From the IMG/VR virus record IMGVR_UViG_2597490325_000001, positions 1 to 64,000 of that record: a DNA stretch of 64,000 nt. One strand, written 5' to 3'. This DNA is from a virus (taxonomy: Duplodnaviria > Caudoviricetes). This document shows, in pieces, positions 62,028 to 64,000 of the stretch; positions within the stretch are counted from its first letter, which is position 1, and every line of letters begins with the position of its first letter. Both the position numbers and the translations under genes were made by a program. Below the pieces are notes generated by a model. The model was not told the DNA's origin. It did no database searches and saw only the letters and a list, made by a program, of their open reading frames with translations.

Positions 62028-62219
62028 AGTAAATTTAAATTTTAAATTTTTGATAAAAATTATTACATCTTTAAAAGATTTATTATTTAATACAAAATTT
62101 TTAGATAATTAAAATTTTAAAATGATAATTAAAGACATATTATTTACTTGACTTAAGATAGTTATTAATCTATAATAATATTAATAACGAATTACAACCA
62201 AAGGCGAGAAACGAAAGAT

Positions 62220-63296
62220 ATGCAACCTATTGAGGGTATTGACAAAGCTATTAAAGATCTTACCAGTCTAACTAAGTCATATCAACATCTACCAGTATCG
62301 AATAATATACAAGTAGAAATTGCGAATCTTTTCAAACTTCGTGATCTTGTTAACTATAATTGTAGTCAGTTTCCAAGTCAAACTGAACTAGCTGCAATTT
62401 ATCGTCGTATATCTGGTAATGTTACGTTTGAAAAGGCAGTTAATAAAGGTCGTAGAAATGTTAGTAATTTCAATCTACGATTTGCAACCACGAATAAACA
62501 TAAGCTGAAAGAATTTCTAGAGTATGTAGAATCTGATCAGACTTATCAATGTATGTCTGCTTTCTTCAATGTAAGTGACAAAGTACTTGAAGAACTAGAC
62601 GTACCAGAGACAGAAACTTCGTTTACTTATAATGCATTATTAAAATCTAATAAGTATTCTGAAAAGTATCTTGATTCTCTAATCATGTCTGAGGATTCAG
62701 GCTTGATTGTACCTATTCTTGGATGTAACGTTCCAGGAGTAATTTCGGCTCGTTATGGTTTTCAAAATGAAGGCTTAGAACTGGCTGAAAACTTCCGTAA
62801 GTATTATATTACAGAAACTACTATGACATCTAGTCAAAAGGAAGAATGTAATCGTTTACTAGATAACCGAGATATTCGAAATTGTGTAGTTATTCTATGT
62901 TCCATTGTAGAAAAAGCTCAAAACGATTTAGAAAATAATTATCCAGCTATCCTTACTACAACTGCAGCTTTGTCATATCATGGAAAAGAAATCCGCAATG
63001 CAACTGGTACCTTAAATGGTATTATTAGTACTAGACTAATTAAGAGTCTTTTTAGTAATAGTATTGGCGTTAAAGATTTTCTATTAGCGCTTCGTGGTTT
63101 TGGTTACAATCCGATTTTCCAAATTTCGGAATCTTATATGCCTTATGATGACCACGGGGTATTATTCTCTGTAGCATCAACAGTAAGATTAGAAGATACG
63201 AAAGGTTATTTCAACCATCGTAGAAATGCATTTAACGCAGTTTTATTAAGTCTTATCAGTTCTGTAGTTTTACCTTCCAGCGAATTCGAAAGCTGA
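62220..63296 (+). CDS. Ham1/RdgB-family non-canonical purine NTP pyrophosphatase with N-terminal extension
   Basis: FATTNKHKLKE, VPETETSF..NALLKS, EDSGL, PGVISARY, GFGYNPIF, NHR. Confidence 0.85.
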   Translation: MQPIEGIDKAIKDLTSLTKSYQHLPVSNNIQVEIANLFKLRDLVNYNCSQFPSQTELAAIYRRISGNVTFEKAVNKGRRNVSNFNLRFATTNKHKLKEFLEYVESDQTYQCMSAFFNVSDKVLEELDVPETETSFTYNALLKSNKYSEKYLDSLIMSEDSGLIVPILGCNVPGVISARYGFQNEGLELAENFRKYYITETTMTSSQKEECNRLLDNRDIRNCVVILCSIVEKAQNDLENNYPAILTTTAALSYHGKEIRNATGTLNGIISTRLIKSLFSNSIGVKDFLLALRGFGYNPIFQISESYMPYDDHGVLFSVASTVRLEDTKGYFNHRRNAFNAVLLSLISSVVLPSSEFES

Positions 63297-63491
63297 AGGT
63301 AATCTATAGGGTTTATAAAAGATCTTCACCACATAACAGGTTTATGTGAGACTAGGATACCGACATCCTAAAAACCTACTTATTGAAAATTTAAAGCATA
63401 AATTGCTGATATATTATTTTAGTGAGTAGGATGACGTATTTGTCAATCACTTTATCATTTCAAACAAATCTCTAAACAAGGAATACTTATC

Positions 63492-64000
63492 ATGGCTAAA
63501 AAACCTGGCTTTCTGGACAAACTGAAAAAAGGCAAAACCGCTTCTAAAGAAGAAGAAACTCTGAAAAAGGGTAAAGCTGCTGTAGAAGACGATGAAGAGG
63601 AAGAAGAAGAGGAGGAAGAAGTTGCTCCTAAGAAATCTTCTAAAAAGCCTGTCCTGAAAAAAGGTAAGAAACCTGTCGTCGAAGAAGAAGAAGACGATGA
63701 GGAAGAAGAGGAAGATGATGCTGAAGAAGAAACCGAAGACGATGAGTCTGAGGAAGAATCTGATGATGAAGAGGAAGAAGAAGAAGAGGAGGAAGTAGCT
63801 CCTAAGAAATCTTCTAAGAAATCTCTTCCTGTTAAGAAAGGTAAAAAAGCTCCTGTCGTTGAAGACGACGAGGAAGAAGAAGAGGAAGACTCCGAAGAGG
63901 AGGAAGAAGATGATGAAGAGGAGGAAGTAGCTCCTAAGAAATCTTCTAAGAAAGTAGCTCCTAAAAAAGCTGCTGCTCCTGCTAAGAAAGCCGCTAAGAA
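63492..64000 (+). CDS. Low-complexity protein of alternating poly-E/D and K-rich blocks (partial, runs off window)
   Basis: MAKKPGFLDKLKKGK...EEEEVAPKKSSKK x3...; AGGA RBS; early box at 63409. Confidence 0.85.
   Translation, partial: MAKKPGFLDKLKKGKTASKEEETLKKGKAAVEDDEEEEEEEEEVAPKKSSKKPVLKKGKKPVVEEEEDDEEEEEDDAEEETEDDESEEESDDEEEEEEEEEVAPKKSSKKSLPVKKGKKAPVVEDDEEEEEEDSEEEEEDDEEEEVAPKKSSKKVAPKKAAAPAKKAAK

Noticed and set aside
63300-63400. tRNA gene
   Set aside because: No TTCRA T-loop, D-loop GG or CCA end; arm geometry does not fit

Overview
AT-rich (roughly 30% GC by eye) segment of a jumbo phage that encodes its own multisubunit RNA polymerase, apparently of the AR9/PBS1/phiR1-37 type. Two promoter classes are readable directly from the DNA: an early-type ATATATTAT box and a late-type AACA-N6-TA(G) box. 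Positions 1-11.4 kb hold 44 tightly overlapping small ORFs with a shared MKI-x-[RK] start. Several of them carry isolated catalytic-motif look-alikes from RNAP, PolB, terminase and RT. The middle holds PhoH, guanylate kinase, Nudix, SbcC/Rad50, an Adps+Namat (NARP1-type) NAD+ reconstitution pair split by an HNH gene, an unannotated HicB-like ORF and a candidate late sRNA. A virion block follows (gp21-like prohead protease, 2553-aa tape measure/lytic transglycosylase, M15 peptidases, baseplate, RusA). The window ends with a stand-alone 690-aa reverse transcriptase, ClpP, an RNAP beta subunit, a structured non-coding region, an ITPase and an acidic/basic low-complexity protein cut by the window edge. 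All calls come from motif recognition by eye; no searches were run.
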